This document shows positions 1-9,388 of a stretch of DNA of 46,247 bases, piece after piece. The notes under the pieces were generated by a model. It was not told the origin of the DNA, made no database searches, and saw only the letters and a list, made by a program, of their open reading frames with translations. Within the stretch, counting starts at the first letter, position 1. The number at the start of each line of letters is the position of its first letter. Origin of the DNA: a virus (lineage: Duplodnaviria > Caudoviricetes); IMG/VR virus record IMGVR_UViG_3300020045_005957, positions 1-46,247 of that record; one strand, given 5' to 3'. The translations under genes were made by a program, and so were the position numbers.

Positions 1-121
1 TGTGCTCCGTATGCGGGAGCTGAAGACCAAACAACACCAGTACCTCCAGTAGATGCTGTAAGGATCTGGCCGCTTGAGCCGATAGCTAAAGCACGGACTG
101 TGTTGCTTGCACTTCCTATAA
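1..121. repeat. 121-bp terminal direct repeat (copy 1); circular-assembly overlap
   Basis: Identical to 46127-46247; lies inside a coding region that reads through the join. Confidence 0.97.
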
Positions 122-494
122 TAAGATCTCCTAAGGAGCCTGTAGCGGAATAAGCAGCTGAAACTATGTTGAGTCCTCCAGCAGAATTGACTACAGTGGT
201 AAGACCCCCAGCGGAGTTCTCAAATATAAGATTTCCCGAGGTGATGAACAGAACTCCTGCTTGTGTTACAGAGGCAACTACAGGAACAACGGGGGTTCCA
301 GTTTGAGCTTGGAAGCTTACAGTTGTGTGAAACCCTGCAGCATTCGTGCCTGTTTGGGAAGCTGGCCAGATGTGCTCATTAGCCATGCGACTGCGAACGC
401 CTGTTTTTATGTCACGGGCTATGTCATCTATTTCGTTAGCGAGGGTGCTGTTTGTTGGTTCGCTTTCATTCCAAGAACTTCCGTCGTACGGCAT
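1..494 (-). CDS. Virion/tail protein, 5' part of a 256-aa gene spanning the origin (continues 46126-45850)
   Basis: ATG at 494 with AAGGAG RBS (ctcctt 501-506); MPYDGSSWNESEPTNSTLANEIDDIARDIKTGVRSRMANEHIWP... open to base 1 and in frame with the 45850..46077 ORF; 494+277=771 nt. Confidence 0.85.
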   Translation of the reverse strand, partial: MPYDGSSWNESEPTNSTLANEIDDIARDIKTGVRSRMANEHIWPASQTGTNAAGFHTTVSFQAQTGTPVVPVVASVTQAGVLFITSGNLIFENSAGGLTTVVNSAGGLNIVSAAYSATGSLGDLIIGSASNTVRALAIGSSGQILTASTGGTGVVWSSAPAYGA

Positions 495-504
495 GGGTGA
501 CTCC

Positions 505-816
505 TTATTTTGCTAGTCCATTTACTACAGGCTTACCTACGATTAAGCTCAATGTTACGTTAATGTTGCTTAGCGTGTTTATCATTTCTCGTCGAATACT
601 TGCGTTGTCCGTTAGCTCTTGTAAGACCTTTGTGTTAAAGTTCATCTGGTTGGCGTAGAGCATAATGCCTAGTGCAATTACTGAACCTGCTTTAATTGCA
701 TCACCCATTGTAATGCCAAACACCATTTTAGAGATTTGGCTATCGTATTCCCTAGCAGGGCGGTCAAATACTTTTTTACCATCGTTGCTGTATCCTACAA
801 TCCTTGTTACCATCAC
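505..816 (-). CDS. Small membrane protein (holin-like candidate)
   Basis: 103 aa, hydrophobic stretch AIKAGSVIALGIMLYA followed by a coiled-coil-like region; RBS GGAGAGGTG. Confidence 0.55.
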   Translation of the reverse strand: MMVTRIVGYSNDGKKVFDRPAREYDSQISKMVFGITMGDAIKAGSVIALGIMLYANQMNFNTKVLQELTDNASIRREMINTLSNINVTLSLIVGKPVVNGLAK

Positions 817-822
817 CTCTCC

Positions 823-1980
823 TTAGTTAACTATGTATAGAACAAAACTACGTGCATGAATTGCGCCATTAGCGGCTTCACTAGCCATCGCGTAAGTCAT
901 AGGATAAAGAGTTCCAGGTGTTAATGTAGATACATTTAGGGCTGCTGATTCAATCCAAGTTCCAGTGCCGCCACCTACAATACTAGCTGTAGCAGAAGCT
1001 GTGCCTATGATTACAGTGACGGTGCCTGAAGTAGTCTGGCATACAGCGTAGACGGAGAACTTCATTGTATTAACCGCTGTGTTGTGTAAATACATAGACT
1101 CCAATATAGTCTTTGAGCCAACAGCAGCTAGGTACATTTGGGATGCTGTTGTGGAGATAGCAAAGTTTATAAAAGAACTCGCGCTATTTACAAATATGAT
1201 TCCACCATTGTTAGAAGAGAGGCTTGTATTTCCCCCACACCATTCCCAGACAACATTAGACTTATGAGGGCCTGAGCCAAATATTAGATTTCCAGCGGAG
1301 ACTTGCAGGACTTGTGAAGAGGTACCTACTGTTGCGGGAAAAGAGTAGGTTCCAATAGAGAGCCCACCTGCAGTTATAGTACCTCCTGTGCAGTTAACTA
1401 CATTTGCGGTAACTGTGCCAAGTGCGGTAAGCAGTCCTGCGAATGTTCCTGTAGTAGCTTGGAAAGAAGTTAAGCCTGTTAGAGCCCCGGAGGTTGCTAT
1501 AACGCGAGCTACTGTAACGAACCCTGCGGAGAATGTGTTAAGAGACGTGTTGATGGCAACAGGACCTACAAGATTGCTTAGGTCAGCAGCAGCGCCTGTA
1601 CCTGGAGCTGGTGTTACAAAGAGAGCATTCCCTGTAACTATAGTAAGGACATCACCAGCTCCACCTGCAGTAGCTGGGTAGCTGTACGTGCCTACGGTTA
1701 AGGTATTAAGTGTAAGGGCACCGCCTGTAGCAGTTATGGTGTTAAAACGCCCTGTGTTAGCAACTAGTAGGGTGCTTCCAGACGCTGTGCCAGACATGAC
1801 AGGATTGACTAATACAGGAGTAGTTAGGGTGAGGCTTGCTTTAAGCTGCCCTGTGCCTGTATGGGCTACTGCTAGAATAGCATCTATGGAGGATAGTGGA
1901 TTAGCTATATGAGACGTTACGCTAACTACATCTGATGTTGTAGCTAAGACAAATCCAAAGTTTGGAGAAGTTGAGCTCAT
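823..1980 (-). CDS. Thr/Ser/Gly-rich tail fibre/appendage protein
   Basis: 385 aa; N-terminal TSPNFGF fibre-type start; internal duplicated segment (TGG...GTYSYPATAG / TGG...GTYSFPATVG); lies in the tail cluster. Confidence 0.7.
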   Translation of the reverse strand: MSSTSPNFGFVLATTSDVVSVTSHIANPLSSIDAILAVAHTGTGQLKASLTLTTPVLVNPVMSGTASGSTLLVANTGRFNTITATGGALTLNTLTVGTYSYPATAGGAGDVLTIVTGNALFVTPAPGTGAAADLSNLVGPVAINTSLNTFSAGFVTVARVIATSGALTGLTSFQATTGTFAGLLTALGTVTANVVNCTGGTITAGGLSIGTYSFPATVGTSSQVLQVSAGNLIFGSGPHKSNVVWEWCGGNTSLSSNNGGIIFVNSASSFINFAISTTASQMYLAAVGSKTILESMYLHNTAVNTMKFSVYAVCQTTSGTVTVIIGTASATASIVGGGTGTWIESAALNVSTLTPGTLYPMTYAMASEAANGAIHARSFVLYIVN

Positions 1981-1994
1981 TATATCCCTTTAAG

Positions 1995-2255
1995 TTAGAC
2001 TGTGTTTTCTCTAAACAAGACTGCAAAACTTCCACCTGAAGATGTGCCATCTACAGGACCTGTGATAGCTGCTGGAGTGGAGAACATAACAGAGCCTCCA
2101 GAGACGGAGCATATAGTTGTAGCGCCAGATTTAAGTGTGATGGTGGATGCTGCTGCTCCCATCACTATTCCACCTATTGCAATGTTGGTTCCTATGACGA
2201 TCGCTGCACCTGTGGTCCATGCTGATAATTCCATCGAGTTATTCATCTTACCCAT
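1995..2255 (-). CDS. Small beta-rich virion protein
   Basis: 86 aa, AAGGAG RBS, colinear in the structural operon. Confidence 0.6.
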   Translation of the reverse strand: MGKMNNSMELSAWTTGAAIVIGTNIAIGGIVMGAAASTITLKSGATTICSVSGGSVMFSTPAAITGPVDGTSSGGSFAVLFRENTV

Positions 2256-2264
2256 AAAATCTCC

Positions 2265-2489
2265 TTATGTTATAACTGTCCAAGTTGTGGTGCTTGTAGT
2301 TGAATTCGTAAAGGTGTAGCCTGCTAAGTATCCCCAGGTGTAGCCTAAGCCTGGTGTTGGTGCACCTCCAGCTATAAGCCCTACCCCCAATTGAAACCGT
2401 TGGTCTTCTTGAAGCTCCGCAATTGTTGATTGAGATAGCCCCGTTGTGTTAATAGGTGCTTGGGGAAATATTACACGAGCAATCGCCAT
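2265..2489 (-). CDS. Hypothetical virion protein
   Basis: 74 aa; start overlaps the upstream stop (TAATG coupling). Confidence 0.6.
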   Translation of the reverse strand: MAIARVIFPQAPINTTGLSQSTIAELQEDQRFQLGVGLIAGGAPTPGLGYTWGYLAGYTFTNSTTSTTTWTVIT

Positions 2490-2998
2490 TACGCAGGAGC
2501 TCCTTTAGTGAATGTTGTACCATCATCGCTTAATGTGCCTGTACCTACAACTGTAGTACCATCGTAGGCGTAAAGTGTTTCTCGAGTTGATGTGACAGTG
2601 CGCTTATGGTGTAGGTATTGATAGTTTGCGACGGCCTTATCATATATAGATGCTGTAGCTGCAGGCACAGCGGATACTTGTTGTGTTACGGTTTGTAAGA
2701 TAACACAGCAGTTTGATGCTGCTGTTCCTGAGTCTCGAGCAGCTATGATAATGTTACTTGCGTCCATTTCACTTGCAGTAAGTTGCAGATACCATTTAGA
2801 ACGCGTGATAGTAGCATCTCCTGTATCTGTTGTTATAAAGACAGCAGCGTTGACGCAAGTAGCAAATTGGCCTCCGTCTTTAGATATGCCAATGTAGGTA
2901 AATGTGCTTATGGTAGGAGGGTTGGCTCCTAATGTCATGCAAGCGCTGTATACAACAAAAGGTGTGGCACGTGTTGGTATATATGGAAGATAGTACAT
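2489..2998 (-). CDS. Virion protein with Ig-like/baseplate-upper-type N-terminal domain
   Basis: 169 aa; ISKDGG...WYLQLTASEM pattern typical of phage tail appendage domains; AAGGAG RBS. Confidence 0.55.
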   Translation of the reverse strand: MYYLPYIPTRATPFVVYSACMTLGANPPTISTFTYIGISKDGGQFATCVNAAVFITTDTGDATITRSKWYLQLTASEMDASNIIIAARDSGTAASNCCVILQTVTQQVSAVPAATASIYDKAVANYQYLHHKRTVTSTRETLYAYDGTTVVGTGTLSDDGTTFTKGAPA

Positions 2999-3008
2999 AG
3001 TTTGCTCC

Positions 3009-3155
3009 TTATTGCAATTGCCCCCATGTGTATGTTTGCCACTCAGCCCAAATATTCTTAAAATCGTAGTGCGATACTGTCCAGCCTGAAGGTGTTGCTG
3101 CTATTATTGTCCAGCCGCGCCTAGAGCTTCCTGGAAATAGTAGTAGTAGGCTCAT
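3009..3155 (-). CDS. 48-aa Trp-rich small protein (MSLLLLFPGSS...TWGQLQ), below the ORF-track cutoff
   Basis: Translated by hand; ATGA overlap with the upstream stop; fills the operon gap. Confidence 0.65.
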   Translation of the reverse strand: MSLLLLFPGSSRRGWTIIAATPSGWTVSHYDFKNIWAEWQTYTWGQLQ

Positions 3156-3325
3156 AAGTCACCCCACCAACTTGAGCGAGGAGTCATAACACCCGTGGTT
3201 GAAGTAACTGGTGCAGCTTCTTCACGTTGAACTGCCCCAATATCTAGGTACCCACGAGTTGCTGAATCCCCACCACCTTCTTGCCTCTGCTTTGCCCCTA
3301 TATCAAGATAACTTGTAGTTGCCAT
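3152..3325 (-). CDS. 57-aa protein with duplicated YLDIGAxQR motif
   Basis: MATTSYLDIGAKQRQEGGGDSATRGYLDIGAVQREEAAP...SWWGDL; starts 1 nt after the stop of 3327..5141. Confidence 0.65.
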   Translation of the reverse strand: MATTSYLDIGAKQRQEGGGDSATRGYLDIGAVQREEAAPVTSTTGVMTPRSSWWGDL

Positions 3326-3326
3326 A

Positions 3327-5141
3327 TTAAGAAAGCCCTGGGAATGTTCCTGGGAACGCTACTGCCTTCATGTTTGTGCCAACGGTGTAATCATGTCCTG
3401 TCTGTACCCACCAAGTAATTGCTGAACCAGAACCGCTTGACGTGATATTACTACTAACCGTCAAGGTAGTTGTAGTGTGTGAGGTGATGAGATACTTAAC
3501 TAACCCTATTCCTGTGCCTGTGCCTGCTGAAATGTAAAGGAAGTCTACGTTGTCTTCCACATCACCAAATGGCGTTCCAGAGCCTACCGTTAGCACGTTG
3601 GTTGAGGACGTGGCACTTGAGCCAGTAAGTAAGGTCACGTCGGTAAATCCTGGGTCTAAGGCTATATCATTTACACCTTTATACCAGTTTGCATTTACAT
3701 CGGTGGTGTTGTTGTAAAAATTATTATAATCACCATAACACGCTGCTTGCAAAGTGTCGGCGTGGGTAATTCCTGTAACAAAGCCGTATATGATTGAATT
3801 AAAAATTCTTGCAAGATAAGACGCTGTTAGAATATTCCAACCCGTCCCCCTTGGGGTTGATACACCAAAGATTGTGCAATTCATTATGTTATATTGGGCA
3901 TTAAGTGAAACTGTGCTATTCAAGGCAAATGATACATTATCCGCAATAATACTATTTACCATTTGCATAGACTGTGCGCCTGTAGCTGAAATTATCCCAG
4001 TATCCGAGTCATGGAAATAGCATCCTATAACCACAGTTCCGCTTGCTTGAGGCACAAAACTTCTGCCTCGATAGCTTATAAATTCACTATCTATAAGTGT
4101 ATTATTCGTACTTGATGTGGTTAGCGCATTTAGATTAGCTGTTGTAGATGTATTTATAAATTTTGAGTTTCTTGTTATGCTTGTGATTGAAAAAGAAACA
4201 GCAGATGTTCCTGTATGAATAAGATTAATCGCATCCCAGGAAGCACCTGTAATTGTAAACGCATTTGCGCCACGGTCAATAGTTGGTCTATTACTTCCTG
4301 TTGGAACATCTCCTCGTAGTGTTTGATAACCTTCAATTGCTATTGGCTGTCTTGTGGCACCAGCAGCACCTATATTAATTGCTTCCCCTAACGTGAAACC
4401 TGTCTTGGTAAACCAGTGAAATGCGCCTGTACCGTTTGTAGCTACCGAAATCTCAAAAGCCTCATCATCTAAGGTTGAATTAAATGAAAGCGCACCACCA
4501 ATGTAGAAGTCTGCCGCTGTATAAGTACCTGATGTCCTATCTAGCACCATCGTGTTTGCGTCGGTGACACTTACCACCTCGTACCAACCAACCACCTCGT
4601 CCGCCCCTGTAGCTGAAATCATGTGAAGGAGGTTGCCTACCATGACCTTCGTGATGCCGCCTGTTGCTGTGGTAAAGGTAGTAGATGCGCTTGATACCCC
4701 GTCTGTTGAGTGAACGATAGCCGCTGTTCCTTGTGAGTAGTCGATTGTGAATACTCCGCCCGTAGGCGTGCCGACTGTCGCACAACCAGCGGCGGTATTG
4801 GCTAGGTATCTTGGAGATGGATAACCTGATGTAAGAGTAGTCTGTACAGCTTCCCCGACTGCCGCAGAAAGTGTTGCCTTGTTAGATGCGACGGATGCAA
4901 TTGAGTACCAGCCTGGTGTCCAATTTGTGCCTGATTTAATGTATAGCCAATGCCCTACGTCGCCGGCGACAAAGTTGTAACTTGCAGAAGAACAAACAGG
5001 GCTGTTGGTGTTTGCGGTGTTGCTATCCGTTGTTAGGTCAGTCAACATATTAGCATTAGCAGGGTTGAAACCGCCACCATTAACGTTGTTAGCCGTTGCC
5101 GTGTTATTTATTTCCATTACTGTTTTTGCGCCAAGTGCCAT
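3327..5141 (-). CDS. Tailspike/receptor-binding-like protein with right-handed beta-helix
   Basis: 604 aa; Asn-ladder repeats (NSKFIN, NSIIADN, NCTIFG, NSIIYGF, YNNFYNNT) and DPGF motif typical of parallel beta-helices. Confidence 0.7.
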   Translation of the reverse strand: MALGAKTVMEINNTATANNVNGGGFNPANANMLTDLTTDSNTANTNSPVCSSASYNFVAGDVGHWLYIKSGTNWTPGWYSIASVASNKATLSAAVGEAVQTTLTSGYPSPRYLANTAAGCATVGTPTGGVFTIDYSQGTAAIVHSTDGVSSASTTFTTATGGITKVMVGNLLHMISATGADEVVGWYEVVSVTDANTMVLDRTSGTYTAADFYIGGALSFNSTLDDEAFEISVATNGTGAFHWFTKTGFTLGEAINIGAAGATRQPIAIEGYQTLRGDVPTGSNRPTIDRGANAFTITGASWDAINLIHTGTSAVSFSITSITRNSKFINTSTTANLNALTTSSTNNTLIDSEFISYRGRSFVPQASGTVVIGCYFHDSDTGIISATGAQSMQMVNSIIADNVSFALNSTVSLNAQYNIMNCTIFGVSTPRGTGWNILTASYLARIFNSIIYGFVTGITHADTLQAACYGDYNNFYNNTTDVNANWYKGVNDIALDPGFTDVTLLTGSSATSSTNVLTVGSGTPFGDVEDNVDFLYISAGTGTGIGLVKYLITSHTTTTLTVSSNITSSGSGSAITWWVQTGHDYTVGTNMKAVAFPGTFPGLS

Positions 5142-5596
5142 TATTCCTCCACCGCTACAACTAGCTTAGCTTCAACTAGTTTTTTTAGGTCAACTGGTTC
5201 TGATACTTTCTCTGCCGGGATGTCTTTAGGGTCTGGAACAGAAAGCCCAAACTTAGTCCATTGCTTCGTGCCACCTATAGGTACGGTAGGTAAGTTGTTC
5301 TCGTCAATCTCCCAGAAGTTTAAATCATTTTGCGCTTTAAACCTTTTCTGCGAACATTCAATTACGGTGTTTCCTGGTGGAATGATTAAGTTGTCAAGGT
5401 TACATTTCACAAAAGTTACGCCTGTCATGCCTTCTGGAAATGGCGAGTAGTCTGGCTCTTCATGGTAAAAGATAGAAGAATAAACCACGATGTCGCTTGG
5501 CATCTGGTTGACTGGAACGTGCATGTTGGAAAAGTTCTTAAAACTCCACTCGTCGTTGTAATTGATAATTTCGCTGTTTAGTTGTACTTTGCCCAT
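5141..5596 (-). CDS. Hypothetical protein (tailspike-associated)
   Basis: 151 aa; stop overlaps the tailspike ATG; FVKCNLDN solenoid-like motif. Confidence 0.6.
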   Translation of the reverse strand: MGKVQLNSEIINYNDEWSFKNFSNMHVPVNQMPSDIVVYSSIFYHEEPDYSPFPEGMTGVTFVKCNLDNLIIPPGNTVIECSQKRFKAQNDLNFWEIDENNLPTVPIGGTKQWTKFGLSVPDPKDIPAEKVSEPVDLKKLVEAKLVVAVEE

Positions 5597-5611
5597 GTTA
5601 TTCCCTTTTTT

Positions 5612-6859
5612 CTACGTTACCGTAAACCCTGCAGCAAATAGGGAAGAAGACCCTGAAGCCGACGGGGTAAATGTTAAAGATTGTGCTGAATTAAGAACCA
5701 TAGGGCTTTGTAATGATACCGTAAAACCCCCCTTAGTTGCTAGATAGACAGACATCTTAGTTGTAGCTGCTGAGAATATATCTACCCTTGCCGGGACATC
5801 AACAGATAAGATCATGTCTGTGATATAAAGCGTATGTGCTCCAGAGGTCTTAACGATTGTAGAAGCCCCTGAGGTGGTGTTTACTGCAAAAGCGTCCCAT
5901 CTTGAAGAATGTGCTGTGCTTACAAAAGCTCCTACAACAGCGGTGGTAGCTAGAAGTCCTGCACTAACTGTGCCGGTTGTAATTGAGGCAATGGTCACGT
6001 TTGCAGCTGTGACAGCAGGTGTGCCTACAATTGAAACCGTGCCTGTTGCAATTGATGCAATTGTAACACCTGATGCAGTAAAGGCAGGAGTTCCCACGAT
6101 GCTAACCGTGCCTGTTGTGATGGATGCGATTGTGACGTTTGCAGCTGTGACAATCTGTGCTGAAGGAAATACTGTGTAAACAGCTCCAGTGGTTGTTAAG
6201 GCAATAGCTCGTCCTGTGGTTGCACCCGTTTGCATCCCAAGTACAAGAGTTCCTGTACCTGTAGCTGCCATAGAAGTATCACCTATGCTGTACTGTACGC
6301 CTCCACCACCGCCAGATACCGCAACTGTGCCTACTACTGTGACGGTGCCTGTAGTAATTGATGCTATAGTAATATTGGCAGCAGTAACACTTTGCACGGA
6401 AGGGAACACAACATACTGCGCACCTGTAGCAGTTACTGCTATCGCACGCCCTGTAGTAGCTCCTGTCTGCACACCTATAATTATACTTCCTGTTGCAGTT
6501 GCCCCCATGTCAGTTGCACCTGCAGAATACTGTGCACCCCCACCTCCTCCAGAGACAGCGACGGTGCCTACTACAGTGACTGTTCCAGTAGCTAAACTTG
6601 CAACTGTGACACCAGAAGCTGAAAGCACATTAACTACATTCACTGTGCCTGTAGTCATGGATATGATGGTGAATGATCCTGTTGTAGCTGTGAGAGATGT
6701 AACACCTACAGCGACGGAGCCTGTAACAAATAAGGGATTAGCAGATGGTGCAGTAGCTGTTATCCCCCCAGTTACAGAGACTATTTGAATGTAGTCCGTA
6801 CCTACAAGGGTTGCTGCAACTGATGGTCCTGTGCCACTATTTATAGGTATACCACTCAT
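5612..6859 (-). CDS. Thr-rich repetitive tail/appendage protein
   Basis: 415 aa with two 79-aa tandem units and three ~23-aa units; C-terminal beta-sandwich-like domain. Confidence 0.75.
   Translation of the reverse strand: MSGIPINSGTGPSVAATLVGTDYIQIVSVTGGITATAPSANPLFVTGSVAVGVTSLTATTGSFTIISMTTGTVNVVNVLSASGVTVASLATGTVTVVGTVAVSGGGGGAQYSAGATDMGATATGSIIIGVQTGATTGRAIAVTATGAQYVVFPSVQSVTAANITIASITTGTVTVVGTVAVSGGGGGVQYSIGDTSMAATGTGTLVLGMQTGATTGRAIALTTTGAVYTVFPSAQIVTAANVTIASITTGTVSIVGTPAFTASGVTIASIATGTVSIVGTPAVTAANVTIASITTGTVSAGLLATTAVVGAFVSTAHSSRWDAFAVNTTSGASTIVKTSGAHTLYITDMILSVDVPARVDIFSAATTKMSVYLATKGGFTVSLQSPMVLNSAQSLTFTPSASGSSSLFAAGFTVT
5957..6622 (-). repeat. Intragenic tandem repeats (2 x 237 bp, then ~3 x 69 bp)
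   Basis: aa 80-158 and 159-237 align (TGTVTVVGTVAVSGGGGGxQYS...QTGATTGRAIA); then TAANVTIASITTGTVSIVGTPAx repeats. Confidence 0.9.
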
Positions 6860-6860
6860 G

Positions 6861-7601
6861 TTATCTCCATAGGGTGCCGTTACCAGCGCCTGTTACAAAA
6901 GGATTATTCCAATATTCCCCGGTGTATGTGTTAGGTTGTGAAGCGTAGCCTTCAGAGAATGGTGCCCAGTCGGGGAATTGTTCTAGCATCATCGTCTCAT
7001 GGTCTTTAATGATAGCATTACCAATAGCTTCCCAAACGGAGGCGTCTTTAAGCTCCTGCATCCAACGAAATGCATACATGGTAGCGTATGCTACAATAGC
7101 ATCATCTAAGTCGGTGTAATCGCTAAATTGAGCATCTGTAGAAAGAGTTGTGGGAAAGTAGCTATAACGCAAAGTCATTGGGTATTCTTGGTCGGGTATA
7201 GCGATTAGTTCAAAGGTTAGCGTATCTGCGTATGGTACATAAAAAGTTGGGATGGCTGTTGTAAGTGTTGCTGGATATGGAACCTTCTTGTCCATTTCCC
7301 AAGGCATGACACATGTTAGTTTTCTGCCATTAAAGTCCGTGTCACTTAAGCCTAAGCGTAGGGATAATACACTTCTGAAGCGTGATGGAAGTGAGTAGGA
7401 TTTCTGGTCAGTTACAGTGTCGGAAGTTGCAATAGCTTGCAGGAAGTCTGCCTTGCGTGCAATTAACATCTGTGCACGATTTATGTATGTTACCACGCGA
7501 GAAGCTAGAGTAGTCCCTGATTGTAAAGTCAGGGAACTACTCTTAGCACAATTATCAAGCGCTTCATTAGCCATTTGAAGGCGTGTAAGCGTACCTGCCA
7601 T
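6861..7601 (-). CDS. Head-tail adaptor (tail tubular protein A-like)
   Basis: 246 aa; YINRAQ...T.TD..SYSLP..F..V, P.....IP...YPMTLRY and DAIVAYA patterns of podophage adaptors; position after the capsid genes. Confidence 0.7.
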   Translation of the reverse strand: MAGTLTRLQMANEALDNCAKSSSLTLQSGTTLASRVVTYINRAQMLIARKADFLQAIATSDTVTDQKSYSLPSRFRSVLSLRLGLSDTDFNGRKLTCVMPWEMDKKVPYPATLTTAIPTFYVPYADTLTFELIAIPDQEYPMTLRYSYFPTTLSTDAQFSDYTDLDDAIVAYATMYAFRWMQELKDASVWEAIGNAIIKDHETMMLEQFPDWAPFSEGYASQPNTYTGEYWNNPFVTGAGNGTLWR

Positions 7602-7819
7602 TAGAAGCCTCCAGAAGCTGTCCCTACAAGTGTTCCTATGTTGGTGCCGCTTGTGAATACTAAGTAAGCACGGGTTGCTACGTTTGAGGCAACTACGGTG
7701 AACACGCCTTTAACAGTCTCGGTGCCTGTGCCAGAAAGTGCAGCAACAACCATGACAGGATACCTAAAACCATGGCTTTGTCCGTAGACCAACTCTGATA
7801 ATCTGCGACGTTTACTCAT
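7601..7819 (-). CDS. Small virion-associated protein
   Basis: 72 aa, AAGGAG RBS, TG/SG-rich C-terminal half. Confidence 0.6.
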   Translation of the reverse strand: MSKRRRLSELVYGQSHGFRYPVMVVAALSGTGTETVKGVFTVVASNVATRAYLVFTSGTNIGTLVGTASGGF

Positions 7820-7875
7820 GTGAGACTCCTTATGTTCAGCTTGTCTTTAGGGGGTACAAGCCACTCCGTTATCGC

Positions 7876-9138
7876 TTACTTCTGCCCATCTACCGTGATA
7901 AGGGTAAGATCGGGTGTAGGCTCATTTCCTACAAGCCTAGACTTATACACAATAGGAGGCTTGACTTTTAAACTAGCTTCTACCTCTTTCATGCGATTAA
8001 CTAAGAGAGTTTGATGTATGTCCATTTGCTCTGGAGACAATTGCACTATAGCTTTTGTCTTTTGCATCTTAGCCATGCCCATGTTCATAAAATGTGGACG
8101 GGTCTCGTCTGTGATGCCAGCATGGTTTAGTCTGACTAGCATGTGTGCGTAAGGTTTGATGCCAGCTTCCATTAAGCGATCACAGAACCAAGAGTCCGTC
8201 GGGTATTCGTTGGTGCAGTGGAACCATGGTTTCTTGATTTTATCAAATACTTTAAGGTCGATCAGGGTAAATGGAAATGGTGTTAGGTCGCACTCTTGAA
8301 TTGTAATGTCGATACCCTTACCACAAGCGGCACAAAACTTAACATCCCAATGGCTTTGGGCATGTTGGCAATGTGGGCAGGTAGCTGGAACCTCATACAA
8401 GCGATACATGGAAGTGTCTGCTGGCATGTCGATAACCTTCTTTGTAGGGTCGTAGCGACGGAAGACGCACATGGCATGTGGGAATTTAGAGGCGTGCATG
8501 ACACCAGAGATGAATTCCTTTTTAGCATTAATTAAGAGTTCTAACATCTGTGGAGTAACGTCAAATATGTCATCATCCATAAGTAGGATGTGGGTGCATT
8601 TGTTATGCTGGGCTGTCTTAACTAAGTATTCTTCAGCCATGTGTACAGGTTTACGGTAGGCAAAATGGTACATGATTTCATACTGTCGATTAGGTGTTAA
8701 GCACAAGGCAGTCCAGAACTTTAAGAAGCTCTCGTAGAACTCGTAGCTAACTGAGAGCATAGGAATGCCAATCATAATGCGAAGACGGCCAGCTGGAGGA
8801 GGTAGCACTGGTGACTTAGCGGGGTCTGGTAAGATATCTAAATGCCCCTCCGCATTTACACGAATAGCATTAGCTGGAATAGGAAGTCCTGTTACTGGAT
8901 CTGGTGGCATCTCAGTCGAAGGATATACAGGAGCTGGAATTGAAGGACACACCTCTTTGAGGCGATTTTCTAAAAATGTGATTTGGCCCTGCATATTGTG
9001 TATGTGGGCGTGAAGCTGCTGATTTAGCAGGTGTACTTGCTGCTCATATGGGATGCTGTCGAAAGGCACAATATTGCCCATAGAGTCTTGCACGATTGGT
9101 TTTGGTAATTGTCCGTTTGTTGGTTTCGCGTCTTCCAT
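7876..9138 (-). CDS. GT-A fold (family-2-like) glycosyltransferase with inserted Zn ribbon and N-terminal coiled-coil/Pro-rich extension
   Basis: IMIGIP strand, THILLMDDD (DxD), FTLI..KVF.KI.KPWF, TDSWFC..L..AGI and late His; CPHC...CAAC insertion. Confidence 0.8.
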   Translation of the reverse strand: MEDAKPTNGQLPKPIVQDSMGNIVPFDSIPYEQQVHLLNQQLHAHIHNMQGQITFLENRLKEVCPSIPAPVYPSTEMPPDPVTGLPIPANAIRVNAEGHLDILPDPAKSPVLPPPAGRLRIMIGIPMLSVSYEFYESFLKFWTALCLTPNRQYEIMYHFAYRKPVHMAEEYLVKTAQHNKCTHILLMDDDIFDVTPQMLELLINAKKEFISGVMHASKFPHAMCVFRRYDPTKKVIDMPADTSMYRLYEVPATCPHCQHAQSHWDVKFCAACGKGIDITIQECDLTPFPFTLIDLKVFDKIKKPWFHCTNEYPTDSWFCDRLMEAGIKPYAHMLVRLNHAGITDETRPHFMNMGMAKMQKTKAIVQLSPEQMDIHQTLLVNRMKEVEASLKVKPPIVYKSRLVGNEPTPDLTLITVDGQK

Positions 9139-9160
9139 TTAGTCTCCTTTATGTTTTCGC

Positions 9161-9388
9161 TTACTTCGTGTTTTGGTCCCATGCAGCTTGTCGACGGCAG
9201 ATACCACAACTAAGAAGGCCATTAATGACCTCATATTGAGGCCCTCCTTGACAACGGCATAGCCTGAACTTTAGAAAGAAATGGTAAATCTTCTGCCACA
9301 AGGTCTTTTTAACTCGCATCATACTCATCCTTTCTGGCGCTGCAGAGGGGGTGTTTTTAGGCACCCCCATTCCGTAGCGTTTTCTCAT
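9161..9388 (-). CDS. Small basic Cys-containing protein
   Basis: 75 aa; CRC and CGIC; ATGA coupling with the upstream gene. Confidence 0.5.
   Translation of the reverse strand: MRKRYGMGVPKNTPSAAPERMSMMRVKKTLWQKIYHFFLKFRLCRCQGGPQYEVINGLLSCGICRRQAAWDQNTK

Noticed and set aside
5874-6788. Long antisense (+) ORFs over tail genes, and similar shadows elsewhere
   Set aside because: Mirror frames produced by Thr/Ala/Val/Gly codon bias; no RBS; opposite to operon direction
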